A DNA stretch of 64,000 bases from Eledone cirrhosa (lineage: Eukaryota). The notes under the pieces were generated by a model. That model worked only from the letters and a program-made list of their open reading frames with translations. It searched no databases and had not been told where the DNA came from. The stretch lies in NCBI GenBank assembly GCA_964016885.1, contig OZ024742.1, positions 255,874,001 to 255,938,000 on the forward strand, read 5' to 3'. Below are positions 37,926 to 52,020 of this stretch, in pieces. Every line of letters begins with the position of its first letter. Position 1 is the first letter of the stretch. The position numbers and the translations under genes were made by a program.

Positions 37926-38779
37926 TCTCTCTCTCTCTTACTGCTCCCTCGTTCTCTCTGTTTCTCTTACTTTCTTTCGCCCCCTATGTCAGTTAACACT
38001 TTCTCTCTACTGACCTCTTCCTCACACTTCCACTCACTCACTCACTGTTTCTCCCCTTTTCACTTCACCCCGTTCGCGACGAAAACAATTTCCTTCTTTC
38101 TTACATTTGGATTCATCTCGAAAGGTCTTTTTTCTACGCGCTCATATATTCACCCAGCTTATGCTGACAGAATAACTATGTAGCTTGTGCCCTTCCTATC
38201 TACGGTTAGCTTTTCTCTTTGTTGTTTACTTGTCTCACTCGCTTTACGCGTTTTAATTGTCCTAATAACTTAATTTAGTTATTATTGCACCAACGTGAAG
38301 TATATGATTTTTAATGCAATGAAATATCTATGATCGTTGGCAAATCACTGATGAGGGACTCATTTTATAACATGTTATCCATGTGCAACCTGCACTATTC
38401 TTCTCCCCATTTTTCCATATATATATATATATATATATATTTAAACATAAGCCTAAGCATAGATACATATATGTGTGTTGGCCACCATCAACAGTGTAGA
38501 TCAATGAATGAATGGATTAAGTAAATAATTATCAATCAGACTTATATTAAAATTATACATTTGAAGAACAGTCTGATAACACTTACCTAATTTTTCTTCT
38601 TAGTCCGTAGAAATTAACTAGATACATAGTAATTTAAATATATATATATATATTATTTTATATGTATATATATATATATTATTTTAAATATATATATATA
38701 TATATATATATATTATTTTAAAGTAGTAACTATGTCACTTACTTCTTTTTTCAGCAAACGAAGGGAGATAACCTGACAG

Positions 38780-39400
38780 ATCTGTTTCACACTGTTAGTG
38801 TTCATCAGCGCCTAGTGCTCGCGGACCTCTGCCGAAAATTATAGAAGTTGGATTCTTATAGAATTCCAGTAATAATCAGGAACTGATCATACAGAGCGAT
38901 TGCCGGTCCAGCATACACCGATTCGTCAAATGATATAAACAGCAGGCTAGCACAAGCCTGTGAACCCACTAGATAAGGTTTGAAAATCTGACATAAAAAC
39001 AAAAACAAATGTTAGCTTATTTAAAGCTACAGTGGAATCAATCCTACTGTACTTCTGTGAGTCATGTTTGGTGATAATGCCCATCGCCAAAGCTTTAGAT
39101 AGCTGCTGCACACAAATGTTAATAAAGATAAAACAGCAAATATCCTGAGCGTGCCACAAACACAATTCTCAACGATATCCTCGCGCACATTAGCCATACC
39201 ATCCATATCAGGCATCTTCAACTTGCAAGCCTGATCACCTAAGGCAACGAACATGCAGTACAACTTTTACTATGGAAGCCCAATAATGTACAACACAAAC
39301 GCGGGAGGCCTCTCAACACATTAAAAAGAGTCATTTAGGAAAATACAGAACTGAGGCAGTAAATGTTTGTTTGTGTGAGATGGAAAGTTGTATCATGTCA
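38780..39400 (+). mobile_element. Decayed RTE-like 3' fragment
   Basis: LFKATVESILLY..IAKALDSCCTQML; same protein region as 18130-18770. Confidence 0.65.
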
Positions 39401-39432
39401 TAACAAAGAAATGGATGAATTTAGGAGTACTT

Positions 39433-39440
39433 TATGTATG

Positions 39441-39474
<34 letters not shown>

Positions 39475-39545
39475 TGTATGTATGTATGTATGTATGTATG
39501 TATGTATGTATGTATGTATGTATGTATGTATGCATGTATGTATGT
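39433..39545. repeat. (TATG)n microsatellite
   Basis: Direct reading. Confidence 0.95.
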
Positions 39546-40509
39546 TTCTCTTTCTCTTAATTCCGAGTACATTTTGACCGGCCATCTTCCTGGTTGCAAG
39601 GTTGTAAAAGAAAAGAAATTGTCATCCCTTGAATTGCAAGAATGTTTTGCAAATTTTGAAGGTGCCAGCTCCCTCGCAGCCATTTGTAGACTATGAATTA
39701 ACGAGCTGCATTCTTTGTCCACAAATCCAAGTTCAGTTATACTTTGGTCTAAGCGGGTTGGTATATAACCTGTATGAAGCTGAAGGTGTATCTTGGATAC
39801 TGGATCTGCAAACTTCTTATCAATGGTCCATAGGTGTCCTCCTTCTCTTGTATTCTTCTTATGTATGTATCTATGTATTTATGGCTGTATGTATCTATTT
39901 ATGTATGGATATATGTATGTGTAAATATACCAAATACCCAGAGAAACTGAGGAAGAGAGAGTGAGAAGAGATGAGAGAGCCAGAAGAGAGAGAGAGAAAA
40001 ACGTATGTATGTGTATGTCTGTATGCATGGTGTTCAGAAGAATCGATGATTGAAAATATAAAGTATTCTTGTGATACACTCAAACACGTTTTACATGCTA
40101 ATACGTCTCTGTAAGTGTAACAACTTCCTTTCTTTCCAGGATCTACATACAAATCTTGATAACTTCGTGGATAGTTCTGTGTGAGCCATGATTATAAAGC
40201 TGTGGGATGGATTTCTGGATTGGGCAGTGCCTTATGTTCTTGAGGAAGATGGTTCATTTCACGTACCTAGCAATAGCACATTAAAACAGAGATGTTCCCC
40301 CCATAAGAAGGGAGCTAGACCGACGTACTTGTGAGATGTGACAACAACAGCATACAATTGGAACCATAAAATTAATGCACATGAGAAAGCCGGTATAAGA
40401 CGCAACCAGGTAGGGGGCCACTTAAATCTACACTGGTGTAAACTGTAACTTTAATTTAAACTGTAACTTTAATTTTTCTTTGGCTTCGTTTATTATAAAT
40501 TATAGATAT

Positions 40510-40564
40510 ACTGCTATATATATTTCGGTGACAGCCACCATAAGCTGTGACCTCTTGAGGCAGT
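40510..40564 (-). ncRNA. Minimal type I hammerhead with G5C core mutation
   Basis: ACUGC CUCAAGA GGUcACAGC-loop-GCUGUcACC GAAA UAUAUA UA GCAGU; self-complementary stem III; next to a PLE C-terminal remnant at ~40260-40440 (+). Confidence 0.65.
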
Positions 40565-41308
40565 CCGAATTGGTGTGGGAAAGACAGGTACACATGCTGT
40601 TGTAGTGTGTTTTACTCCGTCAATACATCATATGTTCAGTTCCTGGTTGTGCTGATATTTCTCCGAGGAACAGGAATCATATGAGTTAGAACAGACGAAT
40701 TTCGGCGTCATAGGACACGCTCGCATCCCATTGGTCAGTTGTGAGAACATTCCTCAGTCAAAAGTCTATCGACATTTTTCTGAGTCAAGACAATCTGTTG
40801 TAGTTGTAGTTTTGTTTAAGTACAGCTGGCTTCCTCCATTGTGTTGGTAGTGGTAGTGGTGTTAAGGGGTCAGCTCGCAGGTCAGCTTTAGTGTGCTGCT
40901 GCTATGTTCAGAAGAATTTGCGTGTAGGTTGGCATATCTCCTTCCATCATTTCACGTGTGGGGGAGGGGGGGGGGGGGAGGGGGCAAAAATAAAAAAAAG
41001 CGTCTGTGTTACAACCAATATAAAAATCTGAAATATTTGAAAAATATTAACTGTGACAGAATCGAGAAGTGTAAATAATTACAATTCTTATACTATCATC
41101 GAGTTGTGCATTTTAAGAGCAAATGATATAAAAGTGGAGTGGAAAGCATAAAAAACCTGATGTCAAAATCCGGAAATGTAAAGGACTGCAGATCCTATTT
41201 CGGCATAAAGTACATATGCGTATATGTCAACGCACATCGCTGCAGGTACACGTCGAGTGCTCCATTTTGCATACTCAGGTGTCGGTAAACAACCAGCATA
41301 TATTCAAA

Positions 41309-41378
<70 letters not shown>

Positions 41379-41407
41379 ATGTGTGTGTGTGCATATATAT
41401 ATATAAG

Positions 41408-41497
<90 letters not shown>

Positions 41498-41619
41498 GAC
41501 AAACATGGAATATTCGAAAATATTCTGTATGTTTATAATAAACATTTTGAAGACCCAATCGCTATAGTATAGAATACGTCACGTATTACAATTTGGGATT
41601 CTCGATAAAAGCAAGGGAA

Positions 41620-41662
41620 GTAATCTACGCGTTTCATTCTTGTTAGAAATCATCAGGATTAC
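41620..41662 (-). ncRNA. Type I hammerhead (inverted twin of 41814-41856)
   Basis: Exact reverse complement. Confidence 0.8.
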
Positions 41663-41813
41663 ATATCCAATGCTTTTATCGAGAACGACACAGCTAGAGA
41701 CTTATAGAATACTTAGCTGTGTACAGGAACTGGTTTGAAAGAGCGGTAGCCGGTCCGGCAGAAATTAGAATTTGGATTTAATGCTCTGAAATAGCGATAA
41801 AAGCATTGGATAT

Positions 41814-41856
41814 GTAATCCTGATGATTTCTAACAAGAATGAAACGCGTAGATTAC
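41814..41856 (+). ncRNA. Type I hammerhead, PLE-type with palindromic minimal stem III
   Basis: GUAAUC CUGAUGA uUUCU aaca AGAAu GAAAC GC GUA GAUUAC; stem I extends via CGAUAAAAGCA/UGCUUUUAUCG (41795-41873). Confidence 0.88.
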
Positions 41857-42154
41857 TTCCCTTGCTTTTATCGAGAATCCCAAATTGTAATACGTGACGT
41901 ATTCTATTCTATAGCGATTGGGTCTTCAAAATGTTTATTATAAACATACAGAATATTTTCGAATATTCTATGTTTGTCTTCACATATATATCGCTATTTC
42001 AGAGCATTAAATCCAAATTATATATATATATATAATGCGTTCACAGATTGACTTTCTTAGTTTCAGAAGATCCCGTTAAGGGTGAAAGCACCGATTCTTT
42101 GCTTAAACTTTAATCTGTTATTTTAATAGATAAATATATATATATATATATATA

Positions 42155-42795
42155 GTTTAAGATGGCATTATGGACGAAACAATAGAAGAAAAGAAATCCT
42201 TCATCAGCTGTAAAATCCAGATCAAGATGTTTCGGCGCTTAATACAGGACATCTAAAAGCGATCAGCGGTGCGCCCAAGTCCTTTTCTCAACCAAAAGGC
42301 CAGAAGGGAAAGAAAAGAAAAAGAAAGGGAAAAGAAGAAAAAAGAAGATAAAAAGGGGTAAATGTAGAGAGGAGAGAGGAAGAAAGAGAAAATACAGGTA
42401 ACAGACCAGATGGTGGGTGGACACAGGAATATGGAACAAGCAAGTGTTATACTTACGGCTAATCGGTACGCTATAACTTATTCTATACTATCTTTTCCCC
42501 GGTTATTAACTTGCATGTTCCATTGTCCTTTTCCCCCCACTATCTGGTCTGTTATTTTGCTTTTTTCCTCTCTCCTCACTAGCTTTCCTGCTTTCTTCTT
42601 TTTCTTCTTTTTTTCTATTTTCTTCCTTTTTCTTTTCTTTCCCTCCTGGCCTTTTGACTGAGAAAAGGCATTGGGCGCACCACTGATCGCTCTTAGATGT
42701 CCTGAATTAAGCGCCGAAACATCTTGATCTCGATCTTACAGCTGATGAAGGATTTCTTTTCTTCTCTTGTTTCGTCCATACTACCATTTAAACTT
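42155..42795. repeat. ~640-bp foldback with diverged arms
   Basis: Centre near 42460; atggacgaaacaa..ccttcatcagctgtaa..gatcaagatgtttcggcgcttaa is mirrored at 42700-42780. Confidence 0.9.
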
Positions 42796-42830
42796 TGTTT
42801 ACAGTACCCACACAGCTCCTTTCGTTTCTG

Positions 42831-42914
<84 letters not shown>

Positions 42915-42921
42915 ACACACA

Positions 42922-43054
<133 letters not shown>

Positions 43055-43127
43055 AACTATATTCAACCCCATATACATACATAAACCACACAGAGATATA
43101 GACACATATATATATATATATATATAA

Positions 43128-43392
43128 CAGGAGGAACATAATAGTACCACTGTGATGATGTTGCAGATCTGCAACGAACACACTTTGTTAGACTATATAT
43201 ATGTGCTTATATCTATATTATATCTGTATTTTTTACCGTTGGTCAGTCAATGATAAATATTGAGGACCAAATGAATTAACTGTCGAGATATAAAAGATGC
43301 AGAAGCGAAAACCAACCAAACAGTGAGTGTGTTCTGTTATTATTTCTGGCAATATCATTACAACTATATGACCCTCCCCAAGTATAACAATA
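43128..43392 (+). mobile_element. Solo pLTR of PLE family B with decayed HHR
   Basis: Collinear with ~25845-26107; flanked by (TA)n. Confidence 0.85.
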
Positions 43393-43881
43393 TATATATA
43401 TCCACAACATACGTATATATGTATGTATATATATATACATAGATATATACTGTTGTTGTCCGTGGTGGTGGTGTTGGTGGTGGAGGTGGTGTGTGTGTGT
43501 GGGGGGGGGGTGTCGTGTGTATGTGTCTGTGTAATGCACCGATACGACTTCCATCTGCGTTTGAGCCAAGATCGGAAATTGATCTGGTCGGAAGCCAGAA
43601 AAATCCCCTACGTCGCTACAAACAGGCATAACATAAAATTATCACCAACTCAGAGCGCAGATTATTATTGCGTATATGGAGATGAAATGACATTCCATTT
43701 CATGATCAATATTTTGTAAATATGAAATAAATTATGTTCTCGTGAAGGAATCCTGCTCCGTTTACACTAATGTATTTCGTTCCTCGTTACACAGATGAGT
43801 ATTAATAAGGTTGAAAGACGGCTACTTACAAATTCCATGGCCGAATTATAAACAGCCACTAATTATTAATAAATATATATA

Positions 43882-43969
<88 letters not shown>

Positions 43970-43995
43970 ATATATAGTATATATATATTATATAT

Positions 43996-44548
43996 ATAGA
44001 GAGAAAAGTTGAAGTTGGAAATAGCACGGTAGATATATTTAAGGGTCTGTTTTTCTTTTTTGATTCGTCAAAGTGACATTATTGAAAAGTTAATGTTATT
44101 AAAAAATGAGAGGGACATCTCTTTTTAGAAAATTTGTTTTGATGTATATAAAGTATATGTAGATATTACCGGTTTCGATGTATTAAAATCCATCTTGTCA
44201 AATGTAGAGTGTAAAACATTAAAAAGAGTTGATAGGAGTCAAAAACGAAAGGTTTAAAATTAAAATCAATTGCTTTTGATTTTAATTTTAAACCTTTCGT
44301 TTTTTACTGTTATCAACTCTTTTTAATTTTTTACACTCTACATTTGACAAGATGGATTTTAATACATCGAAACCGGTAATTTCTTCATATACTTTATATA
44401 TACCATGAAGACATTTCTGAAAAGAATTGTCCCTCTCATTTTTTAATAACATTATCTTTTCAATAATGTCACTTTGACGGATCAAAAAAGATAAACAGAC
44501 CCTTAAATATATCTCCAGTGGTATTTCCAACATCATCTTTTCTCTATA
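43996..44548. repeat. ~550-bp foldback, ~6-nt loop
   Basis: Centre aaaatcaa-ttgctt-ttgatttt near 44272; arms diverged. Confidence 0.92.
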
Positions 44549-44719
44549 TCCACTGTTTTGTAGAGAATATTTACTTCCCTTTTCTAATATATATATATAT
44601 AGTACGGGTATAAATTGTAGGTACCCATTTACGTTTGTTGCATTGAAGTGAATAACTACGTGTCTACTTTGGGATTTTACATAGCATTACCAATCGTGTT
44701 TGTGTGTGTGTGTGTGTAC

Positions 44720-45640
44720 TGCAAAATAGTACCCGAACGTAAAACGCCTGCTAAAAGTCCTAATACAATCAGAACATCCCCATTTGTATGAAAGATGCAC
44801 AAAAATTGTCGACCAGAACCCAGAAAGTCAGTAAGATCATTGCTACGGAGCTCAATGTTTTAAGGCACACTATCAGGAGATTTGTGCATAAGGAACTTCG
44901 ACACACATGTGATGTAGAGAGACCAAAGACACAAGGTATTCCTCTGATTCACACAAAGTGCTTCTTGGGAAAGTTGAACGATATCAAGATTCGAGAATGC
45001 TGTGTTTTTCTTTGATTAGAAAAACTTTGATCACGTCGAAACGATCAATCAAAGGAATGACAATGATTATTAAAGGACTTTAAAGATTTTCCAACAATAA
45101 TGCTCACATAGGTTCCAGCTACTGTGATGGTTCTGTGTGTTCTGAGCAATGAGGGATTTGTCCTTCCTCTTCACGGTTTTCCTAGACGATTAAGAGTCAA
45201 AGTTGCTGACTGTATGGAGGTTTTCGAAAGGGTGATGAAATTTCCGATAGAGAGCATGAGCAAAATAAACCGTACCCCTATTGAGAAGACTGCAACATCT
45301 TTTAAGGAAACGTCGGCTCAAGATGTATAAATTACAAACTTCACGATCACGCCATTTCAAACATATGGTCTCTTAGCTCTTCAGGCAAGAATCCGCCGGA
45401 CTACTACGTAGGCGAGTGGAAGTCCATCAACGCCCATATAAAATCTCTGCAATCTGCCATACATAGCAAAATGTCCAAAATAGATTAAAATTATCAGATT
45501 CGAACATGTCCACGTTTCAGACCTTTTATTGAAACAATCATTGATGCTAACAGTGGGTTCATTAAATAGATGCTTCAAAAGAAGTCTCAAAATTATTCAT
45601 GTCAAATGCTTTCTCAAATGAAGCTCTTTTTTCATGACGT
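44720..45640 (+). mobile_element. Decayed Tc1/mariner-superfamily transposase (DD37D/maT-like)
   Basis: IATELNV..HTIRRFVHKEL (HTH), EKNF...INQRND, PATVMVLCVLSNEGFVLPLHGFPRRLRV..EVFERVMK, NPPDYY. Confidence 0.78.
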
Positions 45641-48129
45641 GTGCGCAATTTACTAAAGCCATGCAAACATCATCAATGAGCCGAGCAGTCCTGTAGATCT
45701 AAAACAATCACTGACACACTTACCGCCCCCTTTCCTTAAGGACTCGACATGTTACAGTATGTGATTAGGAATAGTACCCTCTCTTACACTCTCTCTTTCT
45801 CTCTTTCTCTCTCTCTCTCTCTCTTTCAAATTCGCTGTTCCTCTTTCTCTCACATATTCTCTTACCATTTCCTTTCATCAAGTATTTGTTATATCATAGG
45901 GTTAAAAGAATCACAACCATTATCTCTCTCTGTTTGTCTCTCTTACGTTCTCTTGTTTTCTTCTTTTCCTCATTACTCACCCTACATTACTTTCTCATCT
46001 TTATATACAGCGTGGTCGACGTTTATTCTAGATTTACATCAGCTTAGATTGATAAATACAAACGATGCTTGACGTGACCTTTTATCTCTGCACCTGAATT
46101 ACATGGCTTAGTAACTAGTGTACCTTACAAGGTCGTGTGCTTTCATTCCTGTCGGAGTGTCGTGTCGTGGAGCAAGAAACTTTATGTCAGGCTGATCTAT
46201 TTCACTAAGGAGGATGAAATGTGTCATGCGAGCAATTTATACGGTCAAATTTGATTCATGGTCTGTCAATCTGAATCTCCGTGACATACATATTGTATAC
46301 AATAACTATTTTACAAACATATACTTACAATTATATCTAGAAGGAAAGTTGTCGCTACCACACTGGAATTTAATTCTCAAATATGATCAGCGATATTACT
46401 TAATTAGATTTTAACTCTTAACAGCCTACAATGAATTCGTAGAAAATATCTAAATACTGGTTTGCTAATTCAAATGATTACGTTATATTTATTAGTAAAA
46501 TTTGCGTTAAAATAAAGACTTTAATGTGATGTTGCCATCATACTTTTTCAAATTCTTCAAGTCTTATGTGTTTTGTTAATTCAAATGTTAATTTAAATGA
46601 GAGATCGTTGTGAGAATTTGCAGTAACTTAATGTAAATTAAATTTCTATGTTCCTTAGTACTTTTGAAACATATCTTACTAATGAGGTTTCATGAAGTAT
46701 AGGGCATTAAGAGTCAAACAGATCATGAGCTGTAGCAACAAGATTTCCACAGTCAAAAAGTGTCAGATCTTAGTAGTTATTTACTTTCTCCCTCTTGTTT
46801 TATTACGCTAGACCGGAGCTTAAACGTCGCGATGTTTGTTCTACTGAAGGCGAAGCAATTATAATTTTATAACAGAAAACGAAAAGAGTATGTAAGCTGT
46901 ATATATAAAAAAACGTCATGAAATCCTCGATAAATGAATAATGTGATTTAGAACATGATGTACGTTAAAACATTAAGTCTCTTTAATTGATTTACGTAAT
47001 GTTTTACGTTACATTATTTTCCGATTTTGTTATGAGGTAAGAGGAATAACTATGAAAATGAAGAAAACCAACAGCAGCATGAACAACTACAATAAAGATT
47101 GTAATTGTTTAATCTGAAAACTTTTATAAATTAAACAAACATATAATGTTTAAACTAAACAAAAAAATAATTGTTATAAATCATAGTAACTTGAATAATA
47201 TCTCTAGCTTAATTAATTTTAATTTCCATATATTTATGGAAGCAATTGATCATAAAATTCAGCATTATGGTACAACAACGAAAGAAAAAATCAATCGGTA
47301 AATAAACATGAAATGCATTGAGATATTAATAATCACACGAGTCAGTTTACTTAGTTATGCTTCAGCTTACATTTAACTAGCAGATGAACATTAAAGAAAT
47401 AAAATAAACAGAAATTTACCAGAACATAATTTGCTAGCTTTTTTTTCTATCTTACTATTATATTTATTACACAGAATGAGAAAGAAACCGTTATTTCTCA
47501 TTAAGCAGAAGGATTATTTAATTAAGTAAAAAGAAAAGATGAGGAAAAATTAATTATTTATTAGGTGTAACATATAACATCCTAATGGCTATGTGTTAAA
47601 ACCAAATCATTGGAATTCATTCTCTATCGGTAGCATATGTGAGACAGGCAGCTGTGTTGCTAGGCTGGTTTAAATCAACTGCTACCAACCTGGGGAGGAT
47701 AACGAAATATCGGGCTTTGATTCACTGTAGCCGTTTTATGTCAGTTGCCATGGAAATTGTTCTGATGGTCTTTTTCTTTGTTGTCTCGTCTTCACGAGTT
47801 TAACCAAGGCACTAGATTGGGGGATTACGGCCCACCCATTAACAGTTGAAGTTCCTAAATGCAATTACAATTTCTAGTCAGATATTTTCTTCTCTCGCAC
47901 ATCTCGCCTATGGTTTTCTCCTCCGGCCTCGAGTTTTCCTGATCACAAATAATTGTCTTTATCTGTCCGTTTCCTTTGTGTACCAGTTGCCATCCAGACA
48001 TCCATTGTTCGCAATCTCCCGACTGTCATTTTCCTCCAACAAACAGTGAGAAGATTATATTTCATGTGGAAAGAGCCCCATAAAGTGAAATAGCTGATGC
48101 AGCGGAAATCACTGGATGTTTGCTACGGC

Positions 48130-48560
48130 AATAATGATAATAATGATAATAATGAAATTATTGTGTAAAGTGTTCAGTTGCACTACAACTCGTCAAAGGT
48201 GCATGTATAGTATATAGAATAATATACGAATGTCAGGGAAGTGAATAGTGTATGAGTCATGATATACATGTGTGTATGTGTATGGAGTGGGAACATTAGG
48301 TGTAGTGTTGGCGAATCTCGGGAAGCATAGAGGTTTTAAAGGATGCAGTGTCTCTACAGCTAACAACTGATGCAGGTAGTTTGTTCCATGCTTTCAGCAA
48401 CTCTGAGCGTGAAAAAATGTTCCCGAAAGTCAAGGCGCTCAGAGTATGGTAGATGCCTCATGGAGGGTATTCGCTTAGCTGCAAGTCTCTGAACAAATTT
48501 CACCATCTAGTCCACGCGACGCAGGTGAGATGCAAAATACCACCACTGTTCCCTGCAATT
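48130..48560 (-). mobile_element. CR1-group LINE 3' end
   Basis: DFREHFFTLRVAE..WNKLPASVVSCRDTASFK, followed by a 3' UTR and an (ATT/ATC)n tail. Confidence 0.8.
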
Positions 48561-51500
48561 AATTTAATTAATTAATTTATTTATTTATCTATTTGTTTAT
48601 TCCTCATCTGCTTCCATTCTTTTCCAGTAATTCTCCCTCTTGTTTGTAAATATATCTTGACGTCACCATCAATAAAATTATATCGTTGAATGTTACAAAT
48701 AAAATTGTAATGTCACCATCTCTCCATCCCATCGTCTAAGTTATACCGTGTGTCCAAAACATGGATCCCTAGACCCTGTACTGAATATATATTGCCATGC
48801 TATCGGTTGGTAACTCCTGATGGAGTGGTAGGGACGCTGTCCTTAAGTGTGGCATTTTTATGGTACTTTAATCTGGTGGAAACAATCCTTTTCCATGTTT
48901 GGACCCAAATAAAAAAAAAGAGAGAGAGAGGGGAGAGATAGAAAGAGAGAGAGGGGAGGAGTAGAGATAGAGAGGGGGGAGAGAGAGATAGATAAGTAAT
49001 AAGTATGTAATTAAATATATCAAGTACCAGAATATGTTTGTTGTTTAGTGTAAGAATGTAGTGAAAAATGAAGGACAAATACACAATTATGGGTTTGTAA
49101 TCAGAATGTAGAAAAGAACTGAAATCTAACTATAGTCTAGTATTAAAACAAAATATGTGTACCAATAATCAATCCACGAATAAAAAATATTTTATAATAA
49201 GAAGAAAACATTTTAACAGTATTTTAAATTAAATTCTTTGAGAGTATTAACAAAAAATAATACTATAAAATATTTTGCTGTCACTTTTTGGATTAATTTA
49301 ATAATTGATAGAATTAAACCAGGAGATAAAAGTGTTTTTGTGTGTATTAGTGTTTCTGTTTGATTCGGTGGTGCATCCAATCTATATCATTAGGAATGTG
49401 TTTGGTAAAATCTGTGAATGTCAGGGAGAATTACAATATGACAATTCATCATTGATCTCATTGATAAAATTTCGAAATATTTCATAAGAATTTTAATGCA
49501 TTTTCCATTGATCGCAAAAAAACAAGGGGTTTTCTTTATGATTTGTTTCCTCTATATTGGTATGTATATATTTTTATTTATTTAATAATATTTATTCCAG
49601 CTTTCTATTCTCTACGTTATACCTCCTTTTTCTTCTAATGGTGTTTGCTGTCGATTGCAGCAAATGAAGTGCTTATTATTGATAAAAGTCGAATGATTGT
49701 TCAAAATCAATAGTAGGAAATCATTTTATTTTTCAAAACAGCATGTTGTACACAAATTATTTATTTTCCCCCTGAACTAACATGATTTTAGGTGGATATA
49801 AATAAATAAAATAACAGCACATGATCTATAAAAATAACAACAAACTCAATGAAAATATTATCTATGAACCCTATATACTCATGTAAATATCGAATGAATT
49901 AGATTATTTTTTCGGGGTCGACTATTGCATTGTCGACATTTGATGGCCTGAACTTCACACTGCAGTACAAACCACGTCGTACTGTGAAAACATAAAAATA
50001 AGGCATAAGGCCGCGCAGCTTTTAGAAATATTTTCAATTCCATACATTAGAACATAATAGCCTAGGAACATTTTTTTCCATTATAATATTTATGTTCAGG
50101 ATAATATCATATTTCAGAATGTTTGCGATTTTCTGAACACAACTAGAGTTGGCAACGAGCCTCAACATCCACCTTCTGGATTTTGAATTTGAATTGTGCG
50201 AGAAAGTGCGTTAGCATATGCGCACACTGGGGATATATTTAGAGTGAAAGTATTGTACACAAATCTTAGATATTTTAGACGTGGTGAGAATCTGACGAAG
50301 AGAAACCTCTCCCTTTCATTTCCTCTGTATCCCTATCTAAATATTTGGATGCCAACCGTCTGAATTCACCCCTGGTTCTGAGCTACAGAGCTGCTTCATT
50401 TAAAGTGTTTATATTTATCTGAAAGAAACAGCCATCATAATTTTATGTATGAACCTTTGATAATTTATGCGCCAAATATTAGATTAATAAGAAAATTAGT
50501 TATACCACTAAATCATTCAATATTACTAACTATTTTCAATCTTATTTGAAAAATCTATGCAGTAGCTTTCATTAGAAAATGTGTAGCACATATATTAATC
50601 CCTCTTCCTGAGAAATCTCCACCATTCACATATATCTGCCTTACATCGTTTAATAACATATCTATCTTTATACGCCTAACGAAATAATGGAGAAAGAACA
50701 ATTTAAATCACGTTTCGGGATAGCTTTATCGCAAGTAGTTGCCAATATTTGCTGATTAGATAGTTTCTTGTTTAAAATATGCAAAATAAATTACACGTAC
50801 AGCACGACAAAGATTTAATTGGTTTTATTCATAATCATGGATATTTTCCTAAATTGATGCATATCTATTCAATAGCTGATAAATTAAGTGCTTCCGTTAG
50901 GTATGTACGCACATTTCACAATAAAATCATCATAACTGCAGATTACGATCGCGTATAGAATTTAATATAAAAGAACGCTTCGAGGTTCCATTTTATTTAA
51001 ATGTTTAATATGTACAGATTAAGGGAACCAACTATTTGATATGCAGCATTAATTCACTAAAACCTATTTAACTAGGATACTGTTAGAAAAAGTGAAGGAT
51101 TATGATTCGGACCTCCATCGGTTAAGGCGATGGATGTTCCAGAAGTACGATTAAATTTAGGTGGGAGACATTTCCACATAGATGTGAATCAATAAAGCAT
51201 TTCTCAGGGAGAATAAATGTGACACAGTTTGCGACAAATTTAGTAATTTTAAATACCGGAGCCATGTTTTGGAAATAATTTTAAAAAAATAATTTGGCGC
51301 TACGGGAAAAATAGGATTTTCCTTAAAGATACAACACACCAACAAGTATCAAAATAATGACATTACTATCACGTGGCGAAAATTCTGACCCCTATGATAC
51401 GTACCTTCACTGACTGTGTTTACAACTGGCTGAACATTCATCAGACACAAGCGTATTCAATGTAGTTCTCATGCAGATATTGTATGACACAATATGTGCC

Positions 51501-51892
51501 GAATTCGATTCATTGAATTACTGATAAAAACGTTGATTCCAAGCTGGTTGAACGGCACCAATGTGAAATAAAGGGTCTTGTTCAAGGACACAAGGACCGC
51601 TCGTTCTCGGAATCAATTTCATATTATCATCGTGAACAAATCATACCATTCAATTAGCCACATGAATTCTCTCACCATTTGGCACGTTACATGGTCCTTT
51701 AAAACCTGAGAGAGTCGTAGGAGAACCGCATTGACAAATGGTGTTTCTTCGGCATTTGAAATCCCGCCGGTGCTCATCTCCTCTCCAAGTCTAAACGCAG
51801 CAGATTTTTTCCCAGGGAAGGATAAAGAGTGAAACAATTGAAGTGAAAGAGATATATAGAGAAAGAATCGACCACAGAACTTGACTGATATT

Positions 51893-52020
51893 TTTTATCG
51901 ACCTGGAATGGATTGAAAGGCAAAGTTGACTTCGGCGACATTTGAACTCAGAGAGTATGAAGCCGAAACGAATACTGTAAAGCATTCTATCTGACGTTCT
52001 AATTATTTTGCCAATTCACC
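51893..52020 (-). mobile_element. Family A SINE, older copy
   Basis: ttttatcgacc..gaaaggcaaagttgacttcggcg..tttgaactcaga..gccaattcacc. Confidence 0.8.

Larger units (their letters stand above)
41494..42018. repeat. Foldback: 188-bp arms (41494-41681 / 41795-41982) plus displaced inverted piece ~41989-42018
   Basis: Arms nearly identical; ~41989-42018 is the reverse complement of ~41769-41798. Confidence 0.93.

Noticed and set aside
46400-51500. Possible host exons in the less repetitive AT-rich region
   Set aside because: No ORF with recognisable protein motifs or convincing splice-flanked exon; short exons cannot be excluded without RNA-seq.
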